64,000 nt of DNA from Phoronis australis (lineage: Eukaryota; Animalia; Phoronida): the NCBI GenBank assembly GCA_002633005.1, contig NMRA01000121.1:261000-324999 (forward strand), in the 5' to 3' direction. The notes below the pieces were generated by a model. It saw only the letters and a list, made by a program, of their open reading frames with translations, was not told where the DNA came from and ran no database searches. This document shows, one piece after another, positions 1 through 13,300 of this stretch (the stretch's first letter is position 1; each line of letters opens with the position of its first letter). Position numbers and translations under genes: made by a program.

Positions 1-46
1 TCATCAACAATGACATAAAACTATGACGACCTATTTTATTCCACAG

Positions 47-169
47 TGTACATTTGAAGTGGCAGATGCTACAAAGCAAGAATATCCCGCTGAATCATTC
101 GATGTTGTCTACAGTCGTGATACCATCCTACATATTAGCGACAAGGAGGCACTGTTTGCTAAGTTCTTT
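47..169 (+). CDS. pmt: PMT internal exon (123 nt)
   Basis: ccacAG|TGT...TTT|GTAAGT; encodes [13 protein letters not shown]. Confidence 0.93.
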
Positions 170-3100
170 GTAAGTTATGGAACCACCTCAACCTCTTCAA
201 GGGACATTATCGTTTTTACGGCCAGGAATGCATTTTGGGGAATTATTGTTGGACGGGATAGACTTTTTGAAGTTATTAGCTTTGACTAGAGCTGTAACAC
301 AACTACAATTATTTTAAATTTGGGATTTCATTACAAATCACATTTTTTTCACCGTTGGCTACCAGACATTCAGTGAGACCAAAGCTAGTAACTTTACTAC
401 TGTAGTGTGCTTAAAATGCACTGCCCTTTATTATGTGAGGTTTAGCTCTGACAACAGAGGGTTTTACTGTGGTCGCGGAGGTTGTAGGTTCAATTCCACT
501 CTGAGGCTGTTATCAGGAAACAAATTTTTTTTGGAGATAATGGCCCTTTAAGTCCAGTTGCATAAACAAAGAATGGTAAAATATCACCACCACTCTATCA
601 GTATCGCATTGATGTTCTTAAGCAATGCTGCTGTTGTATTTGCTCAGTGGTGAGACTGTCGTGTTATTCACAAGTATGTGTTTAGACTAGAATTCTAGAG
701 TGACAGCTCAGTTTGTACTGACGTGTTTGACCTGTTTGAAGTTGTAATATTATATTATCTACAAGACTGTGCTGTTATTCACAGGGGGGAGGGGCATGGC
801 AAGCTCCCGTGTGAGTTATTTTTTTGTATACTGACAGTATGAACATACAGCTTAATACAAGTTGCTTGCAATTCAGGTTTTTAAGTAATTCATGTTCTAA
901 TAAAAAATTACAATTTTCAAAAAAAATGGTGGTCTCGTGATATGAACGACTGTGGGATGTTTTATGGAATGAATTCAGATTTTTCAGTCATTGAGGATTC
1001 AGAAAATATTTTCATGGGTTATTTAATGGTTGTTTGATGAAACATGAACAGGATTCTTGAAAATTTACAATTACCAAAGTTTATAGTCTCTTGTGAGAAT
1101 CAATAAAAATTTTAAAGGAAGCAATACTGTCTCTGTTGACTCCAAAATAACTACTTCAATTCAGTAATTCTCTAGTCGCCATCTCTTCCATGCTTTATTT
1201 TTCAATTTCTCTGGCCATTGTCTCATTTTAATGCCATCTTGGAATCTTTTCTCATTTTTATTCTTTGCTGTACTGATTACCAGGCAGGTATGAATAATTA
1301 GAATTTTACCCAACTTCATTGCAATTCTAGAAATTCCTGAAGCCAGGTGGTAAGCTGCTCATCACCGACTACTGCTGCAGTCCTGGACAACACTCGGATG
1401 CATTTAAAGCGTATGTCGCTCAAAGGGGCTACATCTTGCTCAGTCCTGAACAGTATGGGAAGGTAAAGTCTTCATACTCATCAGTCTGCTTTAAACCAGC
1501 CGTTCGGACAATGGGGGAGTGGTTAATTAAGGCCCTTCCATAGCTAAGCCTNTTCTTAAGCAATGCTGCTGTTGTATTTGCTCAGTGGTGAGACTGTCGT
1601 GTTATTCACAAGTATGTGTTTAGACTAGAATTCTAGAGTGACAGCTCAGTTTGTACTGACGTGTTTGACCTGTTTGAAGTTGTAATATTATATTATCTAC
1701 AAGACTGTGCTGTTATTCACAGGGGGGAGGGGGGAGGGGCATGGCAAGCTCCCGTGTGAGTTATTTTTTTGCGTACTGACAGTATGACCATACAGCTTAA
1801 TACAAGTTGCTTGCAATTCAGGTTTTTAAGTAATTCATGTTCAAATAAAAAATTACAATTTTCAAAAAAATGGTGGTCTCTTGATATGAACGACTGTGGG
1901 ATGTTTTATGGAATGAATTCAGATTTTTCAGTCATTGAGGATTCAGAAAATATTTTCATGGGTTATTTAATGGTTGTTTGATGAAACATGAACAGGATTC
2001 TTGAAAATTTACAATTAATTACCAAAGTTTATAGTCTCTTGTGAGAATCAATAAAAATTTTAAAGGAAGCAATACTGTCTCTGTTGACTCCAAAATATCT
2101 ACTTCAATTCAGTAATTCTCTAGTCGCCATCTCTTCCATGCTTTATTTTTCAATTTCTCTGGCCATTGTCTCATTTTAATGCCATCTTGGAATCTTTTCT
2201 CATTTTTATTCTTTGCTGTACTGATTACCAGGCAGGTATGAATAATTAGAATTTTACCCAACTTTATTGCAATTCTAGAAATTCCTGAAGCCAGGTGGTA
2301 AGCTCCTCATCACCGACTACTGCTGCAGTCCTGGGCAACACTCGGATGCATTTAAAGCGTATGTCGCTCAAAGAGGCTACATCTTGCTCAGTCCTGAACA
2401 GTATGGGAAGGTAAAGTCTTCATATTCATCAGTCTGCTTTAAACCAGCCGTTCGGACAATGGGGGAGTGGTTAATTAAGGCCCTTCCATAGCTAAGCCTG
2501 GTTAAGGCAAGGCGATTTATAACAATTTTTTGTATTGTTCACAAACATTTTTAACTCTGGTTTGTGATCTACGTTTCCACATCGGTTTAGATTGACATAT
2601 TTAATATATAAATTTGTAATATTAAATACCACCGTAACTGTCACTTTAAGGCTTTTAATTGGTTCAGTTCTGTTAAGATATTCAAATGGTAGGTGTGTGT
2701 TAATTTTTATGTCATGGACTTTTTGTGGCTCTCTTACGAATATTACATTCCAGTTTGACGTGGTAAGGTAAAAGGTTGGACAGTTTCTCTGGACTGTCAG
2801 CATCCACTTAATGTCTTTCTCTTTTGTTGTATTCAGGTTCTTGAAAAGGTTGGATTTGTAAACGTCATGGCTAAAGACAACACAGACATGTTTGTGCACT
2901 CATTAAAGACAGAGTTAGAGAGAACTCAGGCGTTGAAGGACAAAATGGTGCAGGTATGACGGAGGAGATTGATTGTACTGACATTCAAGTGCCCTCAAAC
3001 TTCAATGTATCATCAAAACTTATCATTTCTTTTATTTTGCTGTGATGGCCTATAATTAACTCAAAATCAACCCTGACATAGCGTCAAACTTCTGTATGAT

Positions 3101-4422
3101 AATGCCTTTATTGTGTACTTAGTCTGTCACGTTCTCAGTATTTATTGCCATTTTGAAAAAATATCAGTCTCACTTCTGATAATCAGTTGCCATAACTTTG
3201 ATGCGTCAGGCTCAGGTCCTCCGATCTAGTGGTGCTTTTATGAAATCTGTGGATAACTTAATAGAAGTTGAACTCCCAAGCCCATTCAGGCACACTGTGT
3301 CCATAGTAACGATGTTATATAATGTTACCAGAAAGCACTCAATGATCAGTTCTCTACGCCTGTTGACATTTATGGTAAAATTTCTCCAATTCGGGGCAGT
3401 TCCTAAATTTGGAACACACTGGTATTCCAGCAGATATTTAATTTTGAAATTCTAGATTTTGAAAATTGGGATACTGGTGATTTTGACGTTCATCATATTT
3501 CTCAAATTTCAGACACAGCGTTTTGTATCAGTAGAGTCTGAAAATAAACGTGGCAGTCAATATAATTTGCTGCATTTCTGGTCATTCTTGAATTTAGCAT
3601 GCTCAATTTTTCTAAAATTTGGTTCAAGCTCCAGCCTTGAGCAAAGTAATTTTTAATTTTTCACTGTCCCAAATTGGAGAATTTTTAGCACTGGCTGCTG
3701 TGAGTGACTATAATGATCGCAATTTTATCGTTTTGACCTTTCTTCATTGCTCTGCTTGTAATGACTATGTCTTAATTGACTCCCAAAGTACAATCCGTTA
3801 TTCCTGCACCCTTATTCACAAAGCTGAAATTTTCTCATTATCTGCCTGTACCGTTTATTTGCCGTACTTCAACTGCTTGGCAATCCAGGTGTTACTCTTG
3901 CAAAGACTTAATCCTTTCGTGTTAAACTTGACGGTGGTAATTAGATTTCTCCATGGAAATTAGATGACATAAAGCAAATGTCATGGTATTAATGAGAACA
4001 TTATGACTTCCTGTCCATGGTCTTGTCTCTACAGGTGGTTAATTATGGATGAACAGATCTGTATCAGGGGCGGATCCAGGTTTTTGAGTTAGGGGGGTGC
4101 CAGGGCAGAGTGCATTAGCCATTATTTTGCCCATCAGACATTTGCACCCCCGAACTGCCAAATGGAATCTGGGAGAATTTTAGGGGGGCCATGGCCCCCT
4201 TACCCCCCCTCCTAAACCTGCCACAGTGTATCCTGGGTATTGATGTTGAGAATTACTTTGAAATTATGCTCAATGATTACTGTAATTACTGTGTGATTTT
4301 TGTAGGAGTTCAGTGAAGAAGACTACAACTACGTTGTGGATGGATGGAAGGACAAGTTGGTCCGTGTTGGGCAGGGTGACCAGAGGTGGGGATTGTTTTA
4401 TGCTGAGAAACCAAAACACTGA
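47..4422 (+). CDS. pmt: Phosphoethanolamine N-methyltransferase, 3' part (exons 47-169, 1331-1462 or duplicate 2279-2410, 2837-2953, 4306-4422); 5' exons lie upstream of the window
   Basis: Spliced translation [57 protein letters not shown]...[33 protein letters not shown].../[20 protein letters not shown]...[14 protein letters not shown]. Matches the second SAM-methyltransferase domain of PEAMT ([26 protein letters not shown]). All introns are GT-AG, phase 0. Confidence 0.95.
436..530 (+). mobile_element. Degenerate tRNA-derived SINE-like head
   Basis: B-box-like GGTTCAATTCC near 487-497 in a tRNA-like context; A-box is poor and no TSD was found. Confidence 0.3.
1331..1462 (+). CDS. pmt: PMT internal exon, copy 1 (132 nt)
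   Basis: ttctAG|AAA...AAG|GTAAAG; [44 protein letters not shown]. Confidence 0.85.
2279..2410 (+). CDS. pmt: PMT internal exon, copy 2 (same peptide, three synonymous differences)
   Basis: Same splice sites as copy 1; CTG/CTC, GGA/GGG and AGG/AGA codon differences. Confidence 0.85.
2837..2953 (+). CDS. pmt: PMT penultimate coding exon (117 nt)
   Basis: attcAG|GTT...CAG|GTATGA; [39 protein letters not shown]. Confidence 0.92.
4065..4226. mobile_element. Short GC-rich MITE with CAGGGGCGGATCCAG terminus
   Basis: Left end CAGGGGCGGATCCAGG, degenerate right end AAACCTGCCACAG, flanked by TGTAT direct repeats (4060-4064 and 4227-4231); a related end TGGATTCGCCCCTG occurs near 57880. Confidence 0.5.
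4306..4422 (+). CDS. pmt: PMT terminal coding exon, stop TGA at 4420-4422
   Basis: tttgtAG|GAG; [38 protein letters not shown]. Confidence 0.93.
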   Translation, partial: EFSEEDYNYVVDGWKDKLVRVGQGDQRWGLFYAEKPKH

Positions 4423-5024
4423 GCACCACTATTTGGACAGTACATTTGCCTCTTCCACTTGTTTATACATTGATCACATGGTGTCGATATTTCCAACTCA
4501 TGGTATCGTGGCATTGATTTACTGACCCAAGAATGTATAGATTCATCATTGTAGCCAAGTTATTTTCCAGTGCAGGGAATATGGTAATAATGATACATAC
4601 TATCAGACTTTGTAACACATACATTTAGGGACATTTGAAAGCTGTATATTTTAAGGATAGTTCGTTGTAACCACTGGACACTTATTGGGTCATCTGTGTT
4701 ACACGCTGTTTCCTCTGTCCTGACTTTGGCTCGAATGAGACCTTTTCAAAGTAACTGTCTGTTGACTTGGCACGTTAACGGTCGTGGTATTATGTACTCG
4801 ACTAGGTCTCAAAGTTAGTCGCTGTTCTTTGTAAATATGGCTGACGATCACTCGAAACGAGAAATTTTTAATGAATGATGTAATCTTTAATTATGACCAA
4901 TACCAAAATTAGGTAAAATCAGGATTGGATATATGTGTGTTATATCGCTGTTAGTGTGCTAAATTAGGTACGAACAAGTTAAACTGAATGGTGCTTTTCA
5001 TTTGGGTTGTTGAATCTAGTCCAC

Positions 5025-5030
5025 AATAAA
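5025..5030 (+). terminator. Candidate polyadenylation signal of pmt
   Basis: AATAAA about 600 nt after the stop, followed by a T/GT-rich tract (tttatcttgtttgtgtttg). Confidence 0.5.
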
Positions 5031-7397
5031 ATGTGTTTAAGACTCAAATCTGCTTTTATCTTGTTTGTGTTTGCATTCCACTAAGATCATACTTCGTTAA
5101 GTTACCAGGGATTAAAAATCCTCTTGTTAGCAAGGCTTTATTTTTATATAATTGCAATTTTGCTATGAGTGTACAATCATGTGACCGGCCATCATTACCA
5201 GTGTCAAGAAAATCTGGTCTACTGAATGTGCTCCTAGAACAGGGTTCTTAGATGCGAGATGTTAAGGGTTTGTGATTGAATTGTTACTCTGACAGGAGTC
5301 TAAGCAAATTGGTTCACTCTTTGTCTTAATTTCAGAGTGATTAATTATCAGGAATAGTTGTAGTGCACTGTCTTGTATTACACAAATTGATTGTTGTGAT
5401 TTTAAGGTGTTAAAATAAGACATTAAACATGGTTTGAGAAAAAACTAGGAGATTCATGAATGAAATGGAATATCCCTGTAACTAAAAAGTGTACTTACTA
5501 ACCACAAAACCTTGAGATTTTATTTGCAGTGTTTATAATTATGTTCCTAGTTTGTACCAAGGGCACTTTACTGACCTTCAAAAATCTACCGAATCCTTTT
5601 TTGTTCGAGTAGCTCGTTAAAGTTATACTCTCAAGGTTGTACATGATAAACATGATTCAGGACGATGTATATCTGATACACATACTACTTTGGACCACTG
5701 TTACAGCTGAGTAGCAGCATGTTCTGGAAGTGAGCGCTTTTGAAAATCTGTGTAACATTACACCCTGGCATGCAACTCTGAGCGCACACTTGGAGTGCGT
5801 CCTGGTCCAGTGGTATTTCAGACGATTGTTGATTGATGGTAAACAACTCGTTAATGTATCTGTCCATCATATGTGTCATATATAACAAATTCTATAAACG
5901 AATTCTTTGTTTGGGAACGTCGGCATTTTGCCCTTGAATTCGCCGAGGTCTGATATCGCGAGTGTATGAAGCATGCTTTTGAACCCATACCAACCTTAAA
6001 AACAGTGGAAAAGAAAAAAATTGGAAAAAGCCAGGAGTATATTTGAGTGCCGTGATTGTTAACAAATGCCTTACATGTAACCGATATATATCGCCATTCC
6101 ACTTGAAAAATATTGAAATTGCGAATGTTTGTCTATGACCAATGCAAGCAGAACTGAATGTCTTTGGAGGGTCTTCACCACGTACTGTGTCTTGCAATAG
6201 ATACACATACCCCTTGTCAAAAGTATTTACAATTAGAATTGTCCGCACTGAACCATGGCATCATCATAAATGCCGAAAAAACTTCCTTCTGCAACCATTA
6301 ACGCATCAGCAATGACTTCAACAGTAACACTTTAAAGCAATTTGGCTGTGTATTAGGGTGTTCCGTGCTAGACAAAAACTGCTGTGAACATTTTAAAGCT
6401 TCATTTTGTTTAGCTGGCTATAAATCAAAAATTGAATTAGGCTTTTTACTCTCATCGAAGAAGTTTCCTAGTATTCCTTATGGTGACGGGATTCCATTTC
6501 CGTTATCAACTAGAACATTGGAAAAATCAGCAACTCAAGAAAATGATTCAATTTACTTGGGTTGCACTTCCCTAAATTTCCAAATTCAAAATGAATGCAT
6601 TGCTGGTGACTTGAGTTGGGAATTCAATCCCATCGCAGTAAGGAGTGTTATGAAACAGAGTTTGAGAATAAAAGGTCCAATTTGAATTTGATATCTCCAT
6701 GTGAAAAACGCTCGCTGTCTGAGTTGAAACTGGGAAATTTTTGTAATACTCAATACACAGGTGAGTGTCTAAAAATTTGAAAACTTTCATTACATGCCAG
6801 CTAGCACCCAATTATTTCTCATTTGAAACCCTGCCGATTCAAAGTTTTAGACAATAAGCAACAAAAGAATTGGATGGTCTTTCATTTTTCTTTAATATAA
6901 CATAACGGGTAATGTCTTGACACACATTTCTGGTGTTTAGATAATAGTTAACACCATCGAGACATACACATGTTAGTCTTTACAATAAACACAACCATAA
7001 TTTCAACTTGGTTCTAACTGATATTTTAGCAGTTAGCGTCGACTTCAGCAATAACCAGTAGTTGGTCTCAAATGAAAACATCATTGACATCAAATGAAGT
7101 GATGTGAAGGGAGAAGAACAATGGCTGCACCCACATGTGCTGCCACCTGTTGGCAACCTGAGCACATCAATACAGTAACTATAATCCTTCTACCAGGTTT
7201 GGTAAAGTTTCTTCAAATTAGAACACAATATGGCATAACAGTAAAGTTTTTTAACAAAATTTTGGATAAGAGTAAACAAGAAGAAAATTTCACTGAAGTT
7301 AATTATTTGATAATTTCACACAGTACAGCTGCCATCATCAAACATGATGAAAATTTCGAACATTTTTAGCAATACAGCCAGAATTTTTGAAAAGTGA

Positions 7398-7822
7398 AAC
7401 AAGAACAACACAGAGCGTTGAATTGTGCCCACGACTACACCGTTAACGGTGTGCTAGGAATGTTCATTTCTAGCATAAAAAATGGCCACTAAACAGCACA
7501 GAATAAATTGAGCCCATGCAAATGAGAAGGTGTCATCATCTCAAAATCATTTGCCAAATTTGAACTCTAAAGATATAAAGGCAAAGGTAAAATAAAATTG
7601 CCGTTAGGAACCAAAGCAGGAGGCGAATCCGTCCACCTGCTGTCAAATCAATAGGAATACATCTGCCAAATTTCAAATGCATCTTGCAAAGGGTTTAAAA
7701 GACACAGCGGTGCCATAGATGGGAAAAAAATGTCACTAGGAGGCACCACAGTAGTTGGATCCATTTAAAAATCCGCCGTGCCCTTGACGGCGCTCACATA
7801 TAAATAGGTGGGTGCATAAAAA
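7398..7822 (-). mobile_element. Helentron/HINE-like non-autonomous element
   Basis: Begins AACAAGAACAACACAGAGCGTTG (short palindrome) then TGTGCCCAC, and ends GTGGGTGCATAAAAA (subterminal inverted repeat in A/T runs); homologous to copies at 16204, 38330, 45510 and 53025. Confidence 0.6.
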
Positions 7823-9989
7823 TAACAATTTTGGCCATTGTTTTTGTTCGAATTTGAGGAAACTTTACCTGTAGGTATCCATTTTATACCTTAAGCCCAG
7901 TCTGCACAATTTTCCGTAAATGATTTTTGGACCACTGCAAACACTCCGATTTTTGTATACGACTTCATGTGTGCCTTTAGCTTGAAAAGTCATGTTGAAA
8001 TATAGTATACACACTTTGAATGTCATATACGACCTTGTAAACGTCTGATTAGTTGTATATGTGAGTCATATACAAATTTGCGTGTAAAATCGGTGTGTAT
8101 ACACAATACCACATTGCAGAGTTTCTGTTCACTATCACAAAATGACCTCCACTAGATTCTTGACACTGTCTGCTATAACTGAATGCAATTCCATTACACA
8201 TAGTACGGTAGTCCTAGACAAAGTCTTTTATTTTCATCCGCCTCGTTTCGCAATAGCTTAGTTTTGACTGATGAAAGTAAAAAACGAAATAGCAACCCAA
8301 CCTACACTAATCAACATGCATAACCAGTTGGAGCATGCGTGAAGTATGCATACTTTTTTGCACCGGCAAGAGACTAGTCAATTTTAAGCATTTCTAAGCA
8401 CTTGCTGAAATGAACAAAATGTTTATAAATGCATTTCAAAAACAAAAATAAAAATAAAAGGATTACAGAATTTAAAAAAGGTTAATATATAATAATTTGA
8501 TAAGGTCCAATTAACATATGACCTACTGGTAAAAAATCCAACCAAAACAATATGCAAGTCCCTTCTTAACAACCAAAGGTCACTTTGACTACCAATGCAT
8601 GATGCAGTCAAATAGCAGGTAGTCGCATTTTTGCCGACAGGCACTAATACAGACAAAGGATTATGAATTTTGTTCTCTCAAAATAAATCTAAGTCGGTAT
8701 AAGTTCTACACAAGAATACTGTGGAATTGCACAGATATTTGTGAATTGCTCAATTTTGAATTTCCACATTTCGCTTTGTGACCCTGTTTACACAGTATAT
8801 AAAATTGGAACAACTGAAATTTCATGAAAACATTTTAATACGCCATGTTCTAATATACAAGGCAAAAAGCATAAGTGAATCTGTCTTTGGTTGTTTTGAA
8901 AATTGATGGGGGTGGGGTGATATTTTGTAGTTAGCAACTTTTTAAAAAAAAAAAACATTCGAGATGAGCATGAGTGATGCATTTTTTTCCTTAACTGGAG
9001 GGTGTTGTTTTGTACGAGACAGTGGATCATTAACACATTTACGTCTCCTTGGACAAGCAACAGAGTTTAAGACCTTACTTGCGTACCTGTGTTTTTTTTG
9101 AAGAAGTTCAAGACCCTGGTTAATATTGATCTGGGAGGGCACTCTTTTTTTAAAGTAGTGAGTGCAGTTTTCAGAGCCGGGGGGGGGGGGGGNTGGGGTT
9201 GACCTTACCTGAATTCTACTACTAGTTTGCAGTTTGACGTAAACTTGATTTATTATTTCCAGTAAGCACTAGGTCTTCATAGCTAATTTAACTGCAGCCA
9301 AGTTCTCCACCAGGCTCAGCTCAGCAAAGTAGCAGATTGAAATATACATGTGAAGCGGTACGTTTCAAGATCATTATGCGTAACAATACTTAACTAAGTA
9401 ACAAAATTATAGTTACCTACTTTACAGACAACTGGCTGTTGTAAGTACTATCCGAAGTGACTAAATATTTTCTCACCAAAACTATAATATATAATATTTT
9501 CAGATTATGAATAGGCCTACTTTTCACAGAATTGTTCACTATCGTACACCAGAAAGGTAGGAGAAAATCACCGGATTAATGATCGGCAGACAAGTGCAGT
9601 TTAATCTGCACAAGTTTTACAGTTCGAATGTTTACTTTTTGTACGAGTGAATGATGCTGCAATCCATTTTCAAGATTCAATGGTTTGTACTGATCCCTGA
9701 AGGCTTGTGCCAATGACTGTCTAGTCCCCTTGTAGATAATTATGAATAAGTATGGATGATTTTCCTTTCATTAACAACTAACAAACAAAGAGTATCAAAA
9801 TTAGTGCAATGGGGCGCCTAAAACATTTAACATACAACAAGTCACCAACACGATCGACCACCATCACAGTCTGTTAAACAAGGTTCCAGAGATCACCACC
9901 TCACCATCAGCCAGAATGCATACAAAACTGATATACTGTACACATTATCCAGTTCAAGTCCTGCACATGTAGTCACCAATACAAAATCT

Positions 9990-10381
9990 TTACACCATTA
10001 CAAAATCTTCGTTTTCACTCTTGTTACTATCACCCTCAAGTTCCCCTGTAGGTTTGCTCTTATTTTCACCATTCATTGTTTCAGTCACAACCTCGTCGTT
10101 CCCTCCCACCTCAGCTTGCACTTCCTTTGCGTTTTCATCAGAGTCCAGTTTTTTAACTTGTTCAGGCTTCTCCTCCACAGTTTCACCAACTTCTTTTGAC
10201 TGGCTGTCGTCAGTCGTGCCATCTGATTGGCTGACTGTAGTCACCTGCTCATGATCCTTCTGCTCTGCTTGACTAACAGTGGCCTCAGCATCGCGCACTT
10301 CCCGCTGAATTCGTTTGAACTCATCTAGAGAACTCTTCCTATTTGAACCATGAGTTGAAGCAGGTCGCACGGGAATTTCAA
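9990..10381 (-). CDS. CARMIL: CARMIL terminal coding exon ending ...ENEDFVMV*
   Basis: tgcAG|TT GAA ATT CCC..., acidic low-complexity ORF, TAA at 9992-9990. Confidence 0.85.
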
Positions 10382-13300
10382 CTGCAACAGATAATTTTGT
10401 AGTAAAGCACTGAATTCAGGACAGCTCAGAAAAAATACCAACCCAATGATTACATTCACTTTAATACAGTAGTAGTCAACTTTTATGAAGTAATTTCTCG
10501 ATTCATCAAATAATGAATATTTTCTGAATGCTCGCTTTAAAACATGCCTTAAAATGTCGCACAACCACATAACCATTGCTCCTTCGAGAATATTGCATTT
10601 TTGCATTACATACTGGAAATATTTTTTTTGAGAAAATTACATTAAAATGTCCAAACTAACAAAATATCAAACAAACACAAGATTCAATTAAAATGGCAGA
10701 TGAACCATTATATAGTAAAATATCTAACACAACAATCTTGACAGAAAACAAATAAACAACAAATCAACTCAACGAGCAATTACTGTAAATTTAATAGCAT
10801 GATCAAATAAACAGTATAAATAGCCATTTGCAGTAGCAGTAGGCAAAGCATCAACCTAGAAAAACAAGCAAGCAGAACAACTGAAGGAAAATAAAACAAA
10901 AATGAAAATGAATGACGAGACATGACATAAAAAGCAGTGTCAGTTATATGCTGCGTCTCACTTGACTGCATTCTTTGGAACATCATAACCTTCAGTCTCA
11001 CAGAATCACCTAGTAAGTATGAGTATTGCACAAACCAATACAACAAATGTCAATTATCATGAAAAGAAGAAAAAAAAAGTTGTAGAGGACAAAAAGCAAA
11101 TATTTAACAAGCAAGAGAAATAAATTATAAGCACTAAGTTAACGATAAAATTTCATTAATTTCGGACCAACTAAAATTGCCCTTCCTTTGTTCTTCATGC
11201 ACAGCTTCCAAAATTGCTGTGAAGGCAAACATTTTGTCAGGAATAGACTGTCCCATTTCTTAGTTTAATTATTACTTGGTCTGACAGCAATTTTTTTTGT
11301 TTTTTTTTGTTTGTTCGCTCTCTACAGGTCGCAATTTTCGTCCGATTTTCACGAAATTTGCACACAATGTGTAGATCGGGAAGTACTGGAACGCTATTGT
11401 TTTTGGTCATGATCGGATACAAAATGGCGGACGTGGCGGCCATTTTGTATCCGATTTCACAGTCAAATACTCGTAGAGGCCGCATTTTTCGACGTACATG
11501 GCTGAAAATCTGTACGATTATACTAGAACAAGTCATGTGCTACAAGTGTTCAGAAAATCGTTGACTTCCAGTCAAAGATGGCGGAAATATTGGAAGTGGC
11601 GCATGCGCACCCCGAAATATGGCCAAAAACGTTTTCTCTTGTAGAGGGCGCATTTGCAAACCAATCACTTTCAAACTAGTCACGTGTTTGTTGAGTTTAA
11701 TAAGCTTTTATAAAAAATTATTAAACCAGAAGTCACTTTCAAGATGGCGGCTGTGGCGCATGTTCACACGGTTTCAATCGTTCTGGTGTCGCATTTTTAA
11801 CGGGAAGAGCAAATGACGTGAATTTTTGCATGTGGATTCCTTGAAGTATGGCCTTTCAAAAAGTCTGGGAGAGCGTATTTCTCAGACTTACCGTTTTCGA
11901 GTTATTTGACTTTGAATTTCGAAAAAACGGCAAATTTTCAATTTTTTCAAAATTTTTTTTGGATTTTTGCCAAACTACCACTTTGAACGGGCTTTCAGAA
12001 GATATTTTCCATTTTGCACTATGACGTCTACTTTTTGAATTATTCGAGATTTTCGGATACCTTGTTCCTTCGGTCACCTATGCAAGCACGCAGCTGGCTG
12101 CCTTTCAGTTCACTTTGTTTTGGTTATGCCTAGTTGACCCCGACTGACCCAGCCAGCACTGTCCTACTGTAGACTAGAATTCTGTCATGTTGCGCCATCT
12201 ATTGTTCTTTATTGTAGTTGATTGTATGCTTCCTATTTGATTCCTTCGCTAGTCACATGAATGTTATAGTGTTATTCATAATTGCCGCTTTGATCGTCAT
12301 GATTGTCGTCGTCCTCCCCATCGTTGTCTTTTCGATTAATTACGCCAAGTTTCGCTCCTCCGAGCGCTCTCATTTTATTTTGTTGTTGCTTTTGTGTGCT
12401 GGCAGATGGCACTTGATTGACATGACCCATGAGGTCAGGACAGTGATGATGTAATTTGTTCACTACAGTATGGTAAGGAACATTCAAGAAGATTCTAGCA
12501 TTTTAGTGATTAATGTAACCTGGAATATTCTAGAGCCTAGTATATATTTGTAGAATGATTGGGAAGATTCCGGAAAGTTCTAGAATGTGCTTGAATTGGT
12601 GAAAAGTTCTCAAACATTCTAAGCGACTACAAATACACACTCGTTGAAAGTCAGTTGAAAGTTAGCTACAAGAGAGTTACAGTCAGTTGCACTGAAGAGA
12701 ATCAGCAGTTACAGCTGCGATAGTCAACAGAGAGCCAGCTATAGAGACAGCGGGTTATTGGATCCACGAGAGTGTAACAGTTGCTGAAAATGTCTCAGAA
12801 GTTCATCACGAGTCAAGGCTTCGCAGCACTGGCTGGAGCACAGAACGGACATTACATCGGACATGAATAGACTTGTGAACGTACAGTCGATATTAATAAA
12901 GTGATTAAATTTGAAAGATATATACGTAGTCCTTAAAACAAGCCATGCACTAAAGATTCTACAAAAAAACCTCAAAGAAACTGACAAAACACTTCCTCCA
13001 GATAAGATACTAATAATTAGCACTGCAAGATTTTTAAATGCACACATAATGTAAATCATACGTGTTCAGTTAAAAAGGAGAAATCTCAACACATTGATGA
13101 ATGCTGAAATAATTCACACAAAATGTCAGGCAAGAACCCACCTTTCGTGTCTACCGAGCTGCCCTTGGGCAAAGTAGCGCTGCGGCCAGCTTTATCACCA
13201 GAGTTATCTATTCGTTCTCTAATTTCTTGAACAGACTGTCTATTCGTTGGCCGAACCACGCCACTTTTGTCTGCATCAACAGCTGAAAGGAGAGCGTTTC

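Larger units (their letters stand above)
615..2499. repeat. About 940-bp near-identical tandem duplication (615-1551 and 1553-2499) separated by one N
   Basis: Both copies start TTCTTAAGCAATGCTG and end TAGCTAAGCCT; scattered SNPs and small indels; N at 1552. Confidence 0.92.

Noticed and set aside
5685-6811. Cluster of 67-118 aa ORFs between the two genes
   Set aside because: No recognisable motif or splice chain; partly overlaps a dispersed repeat.
8240-8292. Hammerhead-like CTGATGA...CGAAA
   Set aside because: No stem II between the motifs and no supporting stems; may be chance or too decayed.
9178-9198. Poly-G run, possible G-quadruplex
   Set aside because: Abuts an N at 9193, so its length and context are unreliable.
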